Source of the DNA: Balanoglossus misakiensis
Lineage: Eukaryota; Animalia; Hemichordata
Length of the DNA stretch: 64,000 nt
Reading direction: 5' to 3'
NCBI GenBank assembly: GCA_040954595.2
Contig: CM082579.2
Location: forward strand, 6,561,625-6,625,624
Positions 1 to 15,082 of this stretch are shown in pieces. Every line of letters starts with the position of its first letter. The stretch's first letter is position 1. The notes beneath the pieces were generated by a model, which worked only from the letters and a program-made list of their open reading frames with translations, was not told where the DNA came from and did not search any database. A program made the translations under genes and the position numbers.

Positions 1-3000
1 GAAAAACAACACCAGACCTATGAGGATGTTGGCTGGTAAAACATCAATATACATGTGAAGCATGTTCCTGTAAATGTTGTGTTTATTTACCTAAAAGCTG
101 TGATAACTGTGGGGGTGATGTGGTATGCATTACAGTGGTGTACAGTGTGATGTCGAGCATAAAGCCGTTTTGGATTTAATAGGCGCAATATACTACCGTA
201 CTACTAGTATCTAATGTGAATCTTACTTTGCATTATGCTTCTAGGAAGCTATGCTTTTGAAAGTGTTTCTCCATGTATTGTTGATAAGACACATATGGGT
301 TTCATCAAATTCAGTGCTTATCCTAGTCACAATATGTCAGTGTTATTGTATTTCCTAACCAATGGGAATTTATTTTTCAATGACTTTTTTCAATGCAACA
401 ACAGCACTTCTAATACAGGGTATAAAATTAACTAAAAGAAAGGAAGTCGCAGAAACAGAACCTTACACGAGAATGACAGGGAGTAGTGAAAACTATTATC
501 AACTTTTATATTATTTTTTTCAAAAATCTAACATTGTTTGGATGATGAAAATCATATTAAAGTTGTTTATGACTATGGCTATCAACACCAAATCATATCA
601 AGCTTTTTTTGCTCCAAGAGTTGAGCCTTCTTCTAAAAAAATCTGATACAAAAGGTCAAACTTTCCCCGTCTAAGTCACAACATCATATAAACTCTACTA
701 CAAACTGACCTCTTTATATCAGACAGGAAGTTTCACAAGTAGCAGTAGTCACCGACTTCTGGTTATCAGCATTCAACTGAAGGGTTGTGCAGTTTGAATT
801 TGTGAAATGCTTTTATCAATACTCTCGCAACACATACACCAAGCAAAAACTGTCAATTTCTAAACTTTGCCTTTTAATTTTCATTTCGTGGTGTATTTTG
901 ATATAGGATGGATTGAAAACGGGTTGAGAACAAATGTTTTTTTTTAAATGTGCATGTGTGAACACATTCTTATGGCAAAAAACAGTCTCCCATGACAGTT
1001 TCACACTAAAAGCTCTTTTTTTCAGAAGAAAGTTCCAGGAGGTGGTAAAAAAAAACAATTAAGGTATGTCAAGAGTCAAAAACCTACCTTAAGCTTTAAA
1101 TGTTTCAAAGAGATCTCTCTCACACTGTGGTACGTCCACACTCACAGCGACCGATCGCTTGTAAACTGCAGAAGTTGAAACACAACTCTTGTACAGTTAA
1201 TTCCAAAATACTTGAGAGGATTAGTTCCGTAACAGAAGCGAGCCAAGAATTTCAGGGATGCTTTCGTCTTCTGGAAATGCGAAACACTTTGAAAAAAATG
1301 CCAATTACTTCATCGGGCGCGGAAAAAAAATGAAACGTAATTTTTCTCGTTCACTGTAAACTAGTAACAGTAGTATGTGTGTGACAACGGAACAAACTTG
1401 AACTCAATGAGTGTGGAAGCTGGGATGCAGTGGAAGAGACCGATCCATTCAGTATGAGGGGTGTGCGCTAATAGTTGCTGTGTGATTTTTTTGTTTCACA
1501 CTTGAATATGCATGACTTTTGAGGCTTAATACCAAAGATCCTATGCTTTGACACTGGACCGCCAAGTGTTGCATGTACTGCAAGTCATGTCAAAGCACAA
1601 CAGTACTGTTCTCTCCTCAAATGTGATCACATACACTGCGCAATCACCCCCTTCCCATGAATGGAATCACCCGTTGCATGAGAGGGTTGTTGACTCAGTT
1701 GTATTGGCTTTGGGATAGTTTATCTCTTATTAAAGCTTTTTCTTGTACATAATTGACACATTTTTATCCCACAATAAACCCGATAAGCTGTTTACCATAT
1801 TTGATCACATGACCTTCAATTTGACATCAATGGCAAGTATAAACAGTTCCTTGACTGATACAGATAATCTTCCGTTTTGATTCCAATAAGTGGTGTTCTA
1901 CACAATCAAAGTCATTATTAAAAGGCCAGGGTTGTTTGCTTACTTTATCTAAAAGGGAAAAAGAAAACACATATTTTACTTGATAATGTTTGCTAATTTG
2001 TAAATTGGACAAAAACAGGCTGAACACTTTGTAAATAGTTATTTTGTCCACAAGCATCCAAGCATGCATGGCCATGCATTGAGAACAATGGCTTTTAAAA
2101 TTAAGGGGGATGTAGATATAACTTTTGACCTCTATCACTATTTTTGTTCGGTGTTTTGACTGGTCTACTTTTCTCCTCTCCAAAGCAATTAAAATACCCA
2201 GTAGATCACTTATCAATGTAGTCTTTTATACACAGACTTGCTTGTTGACAAACAAATTCACACATCACAATTGTTAATGATAACAATGTGCGTTTTAACT
2301 ACACAGCTGTGTTGACACCATACCAGCATTCCATTGTACCAAAGTATCAATTCTGTTTGTTGTTGTTTTCAATATAGGATTGTTGATAAATATTTTCTCA
2401 CAAATATTGAAACATACAGACAAAAATTGGTATGGTTACATCAAGATTCATTGGAAAGGAGCCTTTGCCAGCATTTCATAATCATTAATTGTAAAAGCAA
2501 TTTTTTTTCTATAAAGGAAGACATCATACAAATACAGGAAGGCCTTGTTATTATTACACACAGCAGCATCTGATCACAAAGGTGCAGTTTGGACAAGAAC
2601 TTGGAACAAATTTTCCAGTTCTGACAACAGAGGGCGCTACGTCTAAAGTTGACACACCAAGTCATCATTGGTAGGTTGGTTGGAATTTTTTTCTTGCCAG
2701 ATTCGGTTTAATAGATTTAATTTCAAAGAAAGACAGTTCCTGCACTCACTGGCATTAAATTTTCAGAAGTAAAATTGATGAAGTTGACAGCTAATGGACA
2801 TGGCATTTGCCAGCGACCGTTTCAGCAGATGTCTTCTCTTACAATTAATGTCCGAGAATGTCAGACTAAAGTTGCACCCATCTTATATATGTCACTGTTA
2901 TGGTTCACTACACTGTCCCCTTTTACAAAGTTGCAGCCACAGTTTATTTTATGTATGTAGCTCTCCTTCGAGAAAACATACGCACAAAGGCATGCAATAC

Positions 3001-3328
3001 TGTCAATATTTTTACTTCTTTTCTTCTTGTCGTGTCTTTTATTGCTTTTTTGCCAATGTTCTCCGATGTGGTGGCGGCAAGCCGTCTCCACTGGTTCCAA
3101 AGCCATCAATAGAATGAAATATGACCAAATGCAGGGTATACACCGTGTACGACAATAGCAAATAGGCACACACACAGCTGTAACCGAGCAGAAATAACAG
3201 CAAACTGTCAAACAAACTCTAGGGGCTGATTCACTGGCGTCCAATCCACCAACGTGCTATTCTCATTACCAGGACACAAAGTTGATTGATTGCTCTCACA
3301 GAGTCCAGCTGGATCTGCGCGACTCAAA

Positions 3329-5757
3329 ATGTCGCGCAACGCAGCGTTCTGGATGGTTTTTCTACTCTCTCTGGGTACTTTCTTTGCTTTTAAGGCACTC
3401 CTCAGCACTCTGCCGTACAACACCGACCACTACGAGATTGCGGAGGGGAACTACCGGACAGTGGTGGTTCCACGGGTGGTACCCATTGGGAAGGTGAAGT
3501 CCGTTTTGCCAAAGGTAGGTTTTTGGGGGGAATGAGACTGGCCATCTCTCACAATCTGAAGCGGGAGTTTTACTGCGACCACGGTGCCTTTCTTGTCAGA
3601 TGCCCTCATTTCACAAACTGCTCAAGTGTAACATTTACATGTAGTATATTGAGCAGAGTTGAGTAAAGCTCTGCACCCTTGCAGAAAAATACATCTCTGG
3701 ATGATGTTTCTGTTTGTTATGTTTCAATCGTAACATTTGATTTCTTGAAAAGAATTCGATAAATTTGTGCTAGGTATACGGTACACTGCATCGTGTGCTA
3801 CGCCATTCATATACACAAAATAAACATGCAGTCATGCATGCATGACATTGTAGTTATAGTTGTTTTTGCCACTTTAATATGGTTGACTTGCCATATCAGT
3901 CAAAATGCAGGACTTTTTGCACCAAATACCAGCATTGTAACAATCGTTTGCAAGTGCATGTTCCTAGACAACAGTTAATGTCCATGCTCCCATATCCTGG
4001 CTTCATAAAACAAAGTTTGTCAATAGGCACTTGATGGGATGATGGTAGAAGTATACCACAGTCATTTGTTACAACCCAGCGCCCACCATACAGAAACATA
4101 TATGTCCAATTATGCTGAGAACATTCATGTGGAAATAGTCCCTGTGGACGGACTGTGTCCCGGATAAAGACCAGGGATCTATTAAAGCTGGGCAATGAGC
4201 CAATTGAATGTGTACTGTACTTCACTGTGATCAACACACTTGGTCAACAGATACAGTTTATTGTTGGCTGAACACAGAGAACAGCTGAAAAAACTGTCAG
4301 GGGGGACGCATTATAACCTGAATGGGTTTAATTAATGTCTCTTCCATTGACCATGCAGTGCACACAATAAAATGTTAATAAACTTGGGAGCTTTGCTTGT
4401 AGATTGATCATGTTCTTCCATTTTATTCAGGAGCTGGAATTGGTGGAAGACAAGAAATACAACGGTGGCCATGTTGTACTCTATACCTTTGGTTATCAAA
4501 GCCAGGTCCAGCCTGTGTTTGGCGGAATCAATTTACACTACTTGGAGTCTATTATAGCTGGTCAGTGTTTATGAGTTATGAATAATAATAGTGCAATGAA
4601 ATATTCTTTGGGAGTAGATCATTTTTGTAGTTCTATGACTTCTGCATCATAATTATTTCATGACTGACTCCACAATTCTTATCATACGTCAGTTCCATTT
4701 GTGAAATTCACACCAGAGCTTGAGAAGCAGTATGGAGTGTCCGCACACTTCACATTCCTGCCTCGGCTTTACCTAAACGACACCTACGGAATATGGATGG
4801 GAAGGATGTATGGGCTGGCTAAGGTCAAAGGTCACATAGCAAGGTATGTTGCACTGTTTCAGAACAGTTAGACATTCGCTAAGAATGGTTTCCTAAGATC
4901 TGAACTATTAAATGATTCTGGTGTATCAAATCTGAACCATAAATGGAATTTGTGTGCATTATTTGTTGTAAAATAAGTACTGTGGACTTCATCTTTAACA
5001 TAAAAGCATATTTCATTTTCTCTAAAACAGTGACGTTATTTCAGGCAAGTACAAAGTTTCTGATTATGAAAGCAACCAAGCTATTGCACGCGTTGCTTGG
5101 CAACCATCGACGTCCTGGAAAAGTTCCGGGGAGTTTCTCCACGCCAAGCAGTACATAGAGGGCGCTCTAAGTCTACCCCTGGTCGCCAAAACAGGGCTAG
5201 GGATCTATCTCTCCTGCATATTCAATTGGAAATTTCCAGAGTCATCAATCCGAGGTTAGTTGTTAAACATATTAAACCACAGTTAATCTATAAATAGGCT
5301 CTGAAGTATCAAATTTCATAAACTGCATAACAGCTGGGTAAAATTAAGTTATTAAGAACTTATACCATTGAGACAGATTATCGTTGACACAGGGTCTCCT
5401 GGCAGCTCTTGTACACATGAAAGAGGTAGATTTCCCTCGACAGTAAGGAAATGCAACCTGGATTGTATTTATGACATATGCTAATTTATATCATTGCTAT
5501 GTGTTCATATGAAATTTTACCAACATGCGCGTGAAGGGGTGTGGCTCTTCTCACATTTATTGACATGATTTCAACAATTATCTTTTTTTTTTGCTCACTA
5601 AGGAATAAATGGTAGAATGTCGCTACATCAAAGTTACATGGACGGACTGCAAGTTGGAGATTTTGAGTTCAACGGACTTGAAGAGGATCACCTAGGAGCA
5701 TACGAAATCAACACTAACTGGACACTATCATTCCCATATTTGAGCAGATATTCTTAG
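3329..5757 (+). CDS. Spliced 281-aa protein with N-terminal signal/TM segment; acetoacetate decarboxylase-like superfamily candidate. Exons 3329-3514, 4431-4560, 4693-4843, 5031-5254, 5603-5757
   Basis: All introns are GT-AG with matching phases (0,1,2,1), giving an open 846-nt frame: MSRNAAFWMVFLLSLGTFFAF...GGHVVLYTFGYQSQV...YLESIIAVPFV...FLPRLYLNDTYGIWMGRMYGLAKVK...LGAYEINTNWTLSFPYLSRYS*. AATAAA at 5871-5876. Family call rests on recalled motif resemblance only. Confidence 0.85.
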
Positions 5758-8700
5758 TATCCACGGTTGAAATATTCCAACAAGATTTGCAGAATTTTCA
5801 TTTTGAACCAGTCAATTTCCATGACAACACTTTTAGAAGAATGAGTACATGTATTTCTATAATTACCTTGAATAAAATTACTGTCTTTTCACAAACATGA
5901 TAACTTCAAACTTCCTAACAGTATCCCCATCTTAAAATATAGGCTCCCTTGCTTCGAACTCATGATAATTTAGTAGTCGCTGTAACTCATGTTACAGTGA
6001 CTACATGTACTAACAACATGACAGAAAGTTGAAATCTCAAAACATGCAATTTTTCCAAGAGTCATTACTTTTTATCAAGGGAAAAATCAGCTTAAACTCT
6101 ATACAAGCAAAATTAGGCGTCTTACAGCATCCGGAAAGAATGCAGGAATCTTCCGGCCATACACAAGCGTTCGCCGTGGAATTCAACTTTCATTGTGGCT
6201 GGAAGTGTACATTGTGGGAGGGCAGAGTGCAGAAATAACATTCATCAATATTCAACTTTTCCCACACAGTAGAGAAACTGCTGCAGGGAATTCGAGCCGA
6301 GATCTCAATGAGAGCTAGTACAAATTAAGATCATGGGTCGCTCAACGCTTCTTCATGGTGTTTTTTGAAACCAAAAATAACGAAGGAGGGAAGAGAAACA
6401 ATTTTACAGTAACTGACAGCAGCGAAACATCAGCTAATTATTCTGTTGAAATTGATGTGTGTTGTTGTTGTTGACTTCACACCGTATCAACAAAAACAAC
6501 ACACGATCTGACTTACCTCGACTGTTTTCGAAGGTGGAGCAGTTCCGATGATGGGAGAGCATGGAGGAAATTTAACCAATCGTCACATCTGTCATAAGAC
6601 TCTCTGGCAAGGGTACGGACACGCGATAAGACACCAACAGGAAGCTTACAGGCGACTTGAAGTCGAGATAAGAGCCTGGGAGAACGACTTCCAGAGTGGA
6701 CGAGTGGAACTGGATGGGCTCTAGTTCTGTCTGTCACGCTATCAGCCTCTCTATATTATAGAGGTGGAATGAGAAAAGAAGAGAATACCCCGTCATTAGC
6801 ATCTTAAAGAGCGCTACAACCGCGTGCAGTCACCCACTGAAGTGCATGTCCTCATAGAAGTCTTGATCTGTGACAACAAAGGAAACTCATTTGTCCCGAA
6901 TCAAACGAGTCACTTACCATCATTAGGCATAGTTAAAAGCTAATAAAAGAATGGAAGGAGGCAGAGTGGAACGGGAGGAGAGAAAAAAATTGCAGTGAGT
7001 TAACTATTAGTCGGCTGTAATCTGAAGATCCGAATTAGATTACCAGGCGCACAGGACCTGTCTTAGAAATCCCCGTCCTGGACGCAACATTGATTTTTAT
7101 TTTCTCTGCCGTCGGTAATCCACTTTATGGCAGTGGCGGAATGTGGAAGGAAATCGACAATTGACTTTGCATTGATAGCTGTTAAATGGTATGTACGGAC
7201 CAACGAAATGTAATTTGCCCGCTATAATAATGTAGAGAGACCCTCGTGTATTGGGGCTTTGAGGTCACTGATTATGCTACGAAAATAGATTTGCAGACAA
7301 CCTACATTTGTATATATACTTAATTATCAGGTCAGAGGTGACCCACAGAAATTATTGCCCTGGCCACCTAGAACCTCTACTGGATGATGTATGGCTAAAG
7401 GACTCGGTGTGTGTGAGTGGGGTGGGGTGGAGGGGGAGGGGGAATAATTGCACTGATGGAATTGCTATACAAAACTATAATTTCTTGTGAATTGAAATTT
7501 TGATAAGTATTTCTTTGCAAATGGTTTGGTATGATAATTAATACACATTTGACTGACTATTGACTGACATCCTTGGCGTATTTACATCCCCAATACCTTA
7601 ACTTAGGAATGAATAACTTCTCATGTACAAACCCCTTGGAGAGCAGAATAAAGCAGATTTAAATCCCACAATATCTGTAATGCAGCAGAGCATTTACTTT
7701 CAACAGCTATGTATATTTGACAAATTACCCTGATGGATGACTTTTTGCCACTCTCTGTAATTACTCACACACAATGTTCATTTGTAGCTGAACTATTTAA
7801 TAACCGGCCGACTCAGCAGCTGATTTACAGCCACAGCATGATTTTTGATTTGCGATTGCAATTTGCGTCCTTACGACAGTTCGTCAAGCTGTTCTCTTTT
7901 CTGTCATGGTGAAAAATTCTGAAGTGTGGTCTGTGCCTTGCATATTAAATGGAAAAACTTCACAACAAATCAAATCACGTGCATTTGGACCTTCACCAGA
8001 CCACATGGAAGAGTTTTTGCTGTACACAGTTTCCTTTGAATTATGTTGCCAATTCACTTTAATGGGACTGTTGAAAACAGAAGCATTTCTCATGAGGTTG
8101 ATTAGCACAGGTGAGAAAAAAAATACTATCGTGCTTCGCCTGTTCTTCCTGCCAATTACATTTTATTTTTAAACTCGTGCAAATGTGAGAAAACACGAAC
8201 TGATCAAATCAACAACAGCAATTGTTGGCTTCCTCTCGCTTCGACCCAAAAATAAACATGTAACAGTCAGGATATAAATCTTTGAATTTCAACATTTATA
8301 TCACCTGGAACCAGCATGGGGCTAACACCTACCTATTTTGGAACTCATCAACACTTGTAAACTATAAGTGGTTCTACGTGACAATAATAAAAATTCAGTG
8401 AGGTGACTGGATGCGGTCCAGACTATATTACTTAATGATAACAACTAGATGTTTCTATTTTTGTGCATTAATTGGAAATTCAAGCTTGTTTTGATCTGAG
8501 ACGGACTTAATGAGGGGTGAACACGACACAGTTTATGATAATGTCTTTGAAGCACATAGTATTTGCAGCAAGATACAGGCATGCATGTTCTATGGCCAAA
8601 TAAATACAGACAACTCAACTCAGATATAAAACACCGTCTAATAAATTTTAGCATCGTTTTGCCCTTTACCCAAAAATAAACATCAATGATCTGGGCGTTG

Positions 8701-10348
8701 GTTGCTATCCCTAAATTGATGGGTGTGGTGAGATGAAGCCAGTTTACGCAAAATACTGCATGTGTCCAGGAAGATTATTACACAGAGTGCGTCTACATCA
8801 AACCTTTATTCATTCTTCTCCTTTTGTTATATTTCAATCATGTGTGTCAAATTGTCCTTGGTAAATTACCACTAAACTCTTAATCAAGTATCTTGTCATT
8901 GTCTTCCTTATATGCTACCCCAGAAACCCCATTTTCAGCATTCTGAAGTCATTGTTGCAGTAAAACTCCTCGGCCCTGCTGGCCTCAGAGTTTTACAGCA
9001 AACGGTACGGTTTAATTCCGTAAACCTCCTCTTGCTCGTCGCTTTATTCTTAGATAACCAACTATGGACCACACAGTGGTAATATCCCCCCTAGGTATGT
9101 GTCAATGCAATTGTGTATGTCAGAATCAATAAAAACACACCAATGGTGTTCACACTCCGTACATCAACCTGGCCAGGACCTGAGCCTGGCCAAAACTCTG
9201 CTGTGGGAGTTATGTGTATATAAGTGGTCTGTGTTCACACTTACACATTCAAAGTCAGTGTCCTCTCAGCCCAAAATCAATGGCAGAGCTCAGGGTTTAT
9301 ATAATCCGCACTTCCACTTTACAAGATTTTAGGTCACACCTTTTAACACAGACCCTCCAACAAACCCTTCCAGCTCTGGTCTGGCATAACACATTGTTAT
9401 TTTAAATTAGAATGTACACGGTCTAATTTGTAAACCACAAATAAAACACAACATGTACGTCATTAGCCTACTACATTCATGGACTATTTTTAGTTTGACT
9501 GCATGTCGCCAATCATTGCCACCTATACATCCCTGAGCGGAAGTTCCTGTTTTCATTTTACCTTTCCCATTGATAGAATGGATTTCCTCTTGCTTGGGTA
9601 TATAAAGGCACTATATAGTCACCACTACAGTCTACTACAGCGACAGAAAGTGTTGTTCATATACAATTTTTCCTGAATTTTATTTTTTGAGATTGACTTT
9701 GTTTTGTTCATACTTACAGTAAGTTTACACTTTTGAACCTAAATAATATATGTAACAAAAATTGTCTATTCCAGCATATATATAGAAAGTAAATATAATA
9801 TTGTAAGAGAAAATTATTCTTTTGTCATTCTTGCATCAGAAAGTATAATAAATCAAATGGATCTGCTTCAAGACACACAATATGATCATAGTATTGTATG
9901 TTGTGAAAGTGTTTGAGTGGGTGTGTGTTTGTGTCACTGTGTATATGTGAAAGCTGACTAGGAATTTTCATCTTACTGGTTATCCTAAGAGATTCACACC
10001 TTCTGTCAATCTCCCAGGCTAGTCAACTAGCTCAATCCCTATATTTGTTACCAGTACATACAACATCCAAGAATTTTTTAAAATCTTCATTTCTCACCTC
10101 AATGCTATGGACAGACGCTTGCAGAGGACTTCAATCCACAACCATTAATAGAGAAGCTGGTAATCTCTCCCCATCAATAACGCAATGTTTGGTGAATGAA
10201 GCTGTGGAGTTGAGACAATTCAGAGTTAAACATATGCCGTTTGTACGTCAAATACAACACTTATCTGTCAAGACGAAAGCAGAAAGACAACTGCACTCTC
10301 TCCCCCTTTGATGATGTAATGGTGTGTATCTCCCACTGCACGCACCGT

Positions 10349-10381
10349 CCAATGGAGGGGGCGTGTTGTTGCCAAGGCAAC
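10349..10381. promoter_or_regulatory. Promoter-like cluster: CCAAT box, GC box, X-box
   Basis: CCAAT (10349), GGGGGCGTG (10357) and GTTGCCAAGGCAAC (10368-10381) within 33 bp. Confidence 0.45.
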
Positions 10382-13300
10382 CATCCCAAGAGTGGGTCAA
10401 GTCGTCTACTAGATATATATACACTACAGTCAGCCCATCTTTCAGCGTACAATTTTCAGGGAGATCAGTCTCAGGGAATTCTATATCTATGCTGTTTTGA
10501 AATACTGCAGCTGACTTGGAATGCATTTCCTAAGTAGATTAACAGATCTGCCTGCATATATAGCTATGCCGTGTGGCCACACGCAGTGGGTATATGACTT
10601 TATGATAACTCTCAAGCTGAGTTGATCATATTTTGTAATTCCCCTTGACAAAAGTAAGGAATGCGATACGGAACATATGCTGGTATTAAAACATAACTCT
10701 GATTTGGATCATATATGTATGCTCCACTGCTAGGAATATATGCAGGCCTGTCTGGAAACAGTCATTGTAAAGGAGACCTACATTGTGGACTCTAAATACA
10801 CCAAGATAATGTAGAATATATAGACTCCAAGGAAAAAAAAATGAATTTTGAAGCCAGACTGAAAACAACTCAATAAAAGATCGTTAAAGCTAGATGCAGT
10901 CTGCATATGATATTACACATACCATATAATATTATTAAACAGTCTCAGCTTGTCCTGGAAGCCAAATCAACTATTTATAGCTGCGTCATAATTTTTTCCC
11001 CTAAGCTTAGGACCATATTTCGCCGTTGGCTTAGCACTATTCTACAAATTGCTACCTAAAACTCCCATATTGACATAACCTTTGGGAATTTTCAAAGAAC
11101 TTTTCCAGCAGTATAAACTTAATGATTGCAAAGCATGTCAATATCGTCAATACTGTGTGATGTTTGAGCTTTGTTTCCGTATGTTCGTAGCGTATAACAT
11201 TTTATTACAGTTCAAATTATAACCCAGCATGATGGTTGCAAACTAATATTACACCAGTGGCCATGATTACCATCGCCATAGGAACTTGCCTAATGGTTTA
11301 TAATAAGGCGGTCAAGCATACACCCACCGACTCTGACCAGATTCCCCTTTCAGTCGTCATGGAAACAAGAAATCAGATCAATCACGCAATTCGGACGATT
11401 TTCGTGGAATTAATTTGCACAAAAGCTAGTTTCTTAGAATGGGCTGAATTTTAATAATCATCGCAACCTAACTACCATCTGAGTGCTTCAACAGGAGTTC
11501 ACCATAAACCATGTCATATTTAATATTTCCTCTTCTCCCAGCAGGCTTTGATGTTTTGACAAGAAACTGCTCCATTACCGTTATACTGATTTCACAAGCA
11601 TAATGGTCTTACTGACACTTCTTAAAATTCTTTGCAAAAAATTCACATACCATTTATAATCGAGTGGCTTCCTTCCATTTGCAGAGAGTTAGCTTACATC
11701 CAAGACCCGATGCTATGTATACTAAAAGGTTTCCTTCCTTCCTGTGCAGACAGCTTTGTGGAAGGTTGCCCAACATAGCAAAATAGTCAATGTCTTTTTA
11801 TTGCATTGTGTGTTTTATGTACAAAAAAAATTCAGCTTTATTACAAGAATTTGCTGACATGTTAAAGGGACAGTAGGTGAAACATTTGATAAAAATTTTT
11901 GCTATTTTTATCCTGTGCATGTATAGACTACACTTTCTTGTTCTACTCCCTGAAGAATGTCTAAAAGCCATGTATTTAGCTTGTCAATAAAAGCTCTGTG
12001 TATAATGCGTAAAGAGCAAATTATTTTTGTTGATATTTCAATATTTATTTGGACTAAATTTAATAGCCATCAATAACATCGCTGGCACAAATTTTATGAA
12101 AGATTCAGGGTTTCGTTACAATCTTGGAATGACACTGGCAAGGTTTTGCACACATCAAAAAAGATGTGTGCATCGGAACTAACAGCGACCGCATGATATG
12201 GAGGTCAAATGCAGGATTAATGACATTCAGCATTCCAATCAAACAGCATGATAAAAATGTAACACCAGCATCATCAATTGAGCCGGTTCCCATGCCAACG
12301 CAACTTGCATGTGTTCGGTTTCCAAGTTATCCACAGCCAGCCTCAAGCAAGCCTCACACAAACCCCATGAATAAAAAATCATCAGCAGTTAAGATGGCTT
12401 CTGTTTACTAAGTTCTGAAGATTCATACTTTTTTACAGCGCTGACTTGACGGTTCCCAATCACCCAGAGCAAAGATAATCAGTTACCTACAGCACCATAC
12501 TGCTAAACATTCCAATATCAGAACTCAATTAAAATTTTATAAGGTTTACTTTACTAAATTGCTCCATACTAAAATAGGTTTACTATACTTTTTTCATAAT
12601 ATTCCTTCATGTATTATTAACTTTGTGGGATTATACATCATATACACTGTTATGATTTCTGACCGAGAAGTGAGGTCACATGCACTTCTACCTGGGGACA
12701 ATTTATTAAACTTCAAAACGTACAAATTACTCAGCAAATTACATGTCTGTAGATATAAATCACGCGGAATTGGACCGAAGTGTTACAATGCTAGTATTCT
12801 GTATAAATCAGACTAATTTTATGGACCTTATCGTGACAGTCCACAAAAAACATTAATGGGCTACTAAATCAAATACTAAGTCATTCCAGAGAATCAATAT
12901 AGTCTGGGGAAGATTACACATTCGATCATTAAGTAAATCGCGATATCACCAGGCAAATTCAAATTTTGTCAATAATTTGGGCACATTTTTCATGCTCTAC
13001 AAAAAATTTTGACCCAAAATCCACAGACAGAATTGATCAACACAAACGCTACACGGACGTGTAATATGTACGAAACACTGCAAATAATATGAGGTTGCCA
13101 TGGTTTTGGATTGTTTTTTCAATTTACCCTCAAAACAATCATGATTCACTGAGTTGTACATCAATGATTCCATGATGATTTCAAACTTACCGTTACATCA
13201 AACAGGGATAATGCGCAACTTTCCCAAACTCAGTACCCGGTCCATGGTGTCTATGCAAATATCTCACACTGCTACACTGCAGTTCAAACTAACGTCATTT

Positions 13301-15082
13301 ATACGTCCCGTAATAACCATATCTTACCACAGCGATCCACAAGAGGAGAATACCCCCTCGAAGGCAGGTATCTCCTTACATGTGGTCGTGTTCGGATGAA
13401 TGGAGTAGCTATGGCAACAACTTTTCATATGAATAATGTAACCTCGTTTAGAGTGAACTGTCAAAGCGATAACTTATGATGGAACAGTAGAGTTGAACAT
13501 GGCAGCAAGCATGATCATATTCTCCATTAAGAAGTGTAAAAATATATTTTTTTCTTCTACAAATATGTTGAAAGTCACGGTGTCCCTTTAATCAGAATGT
13601 GAATTTTTTTATACCAAAAAGTCTAGTGTGGAATATCCTGTGAATAAGGGCTGGTGACATGATGTTAACACTTAAGTAGCATGTTTATTAAACCTTTCAG
13701 CAGACTACTTCAGTCCATTAAACACTTTTGTTGCTGTAAGACATGGTTGGAGAGACCGGACCTGTACACGTGGGCTGGGGGTGACGGGGGTCAAGTGAGA
13801 AAATTCTTGCAGGGATAACGCTGTGAAAGTTGAACACAGAAAAAATAAGAGAAGCAACGTACTTTACCTTTCATCCCCTGAAGATGACTGTAACTAGTAT
13901 TTGTTTTAAAATTAATTACTTTTTCAGTAGGGAGGGATTATTTTGTGAAATACTGAATCAATACTGCCAGGTTTGAAAATTGTTTTATATACATACTTTC
14001 CCTCCATTTACCTTTTCACCATCATCGCCAAAAGCAATGGACTTGAAGTTGAACCATACCACATCCACAGGATTATTCCAAATTCCACAATACCCACATT
14101 GCTGACAGAAGACCAGAGGGGACACCCCCCACCCCTTTCAAGATTTGACTCCAGCCTTGAATTTCAATCTATAGCTTTTACACAACACCAGACTTCGTAC
14201 GCTTATCAAGGGGATAATATGGAGCATTCCTCATCCGAAAAAGCAATTATGGACGTATTTCCAATCAGCAGAGCCAAATGCTCAGCTCCTGCAAATAGTA
14301 TTCAAATTGACAAACCAAATTCCTCAGAACTGATTTCCAAAGATTAACCTACCCCATAAAACATCCCCTTTTCGTAGCAGACTATCCGCAATAAATCGAA
14401 CGTGCGCTTCCATCTACAAAATTGCTGTACATAAATACCTCAGGCTGATGCAAGCGGGATGAAAGAGAATCGGCGACTGCTTAAAATAGCTTTCCACTTC
14501 GGGGGAAGTATATACTCGGCTGAACACAGAACTCCAATGACAAAACTCACCTGGCGATATTATTAAACGCAGCCTGGGCCCTCAGCCATCCAGAGTTGGT
14601 CGGCGCACGCTGGCTTATAATTTATTATTTAAATCACCCAGTATCAACGCATCAATGCATAATTAAGCGTAAAGCTCCAGTCGCTACTGGGCGTCGCCCG
14701 GCAACCGACAGCACTTACTGGCCAACTTTGCTCAGGTTTTTTATGGCTGATGTAATGGATTTGTGATGGCCCAGGAAATTGGAAAATCCATACCAGCCAC
14801 TTGTTAGGAAATATATTACTCAAGAATACAGCGTTATGTCGCGGTAAACACACATTTCTGTCGTGGAAATGATTAATTAAGAACTTGACCCTGACACAGA
14901 ATGGCACTTACTGCACATTCCTTCTTTTTCATTCCAAACAGATTTATGGACGATAAAACTGAAATATTAAAGAGCCAGGTGTTGTTGCAGAATTATTTCA
15001 CATATTAAATTCTAAACTTGCACAGGTAGGAATATAGGAACTCATGTTGATAGTGATTTCACGAATGCAAGGATATAAAACA

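Noticed and set aside
10455-10480. miR-125/lin-4-like TCCCTGAGAC on the minus strand
   Set aside because: Short match only; no complementary arm to form a pre-miRNA hairpin.
13959-13972. miR-8/200-like AATACTGCCAGGT (also a miR-137-like AATACACGTAG near 20331)
   Set aside because: Partial matches without a hairpin or full mature sequence.
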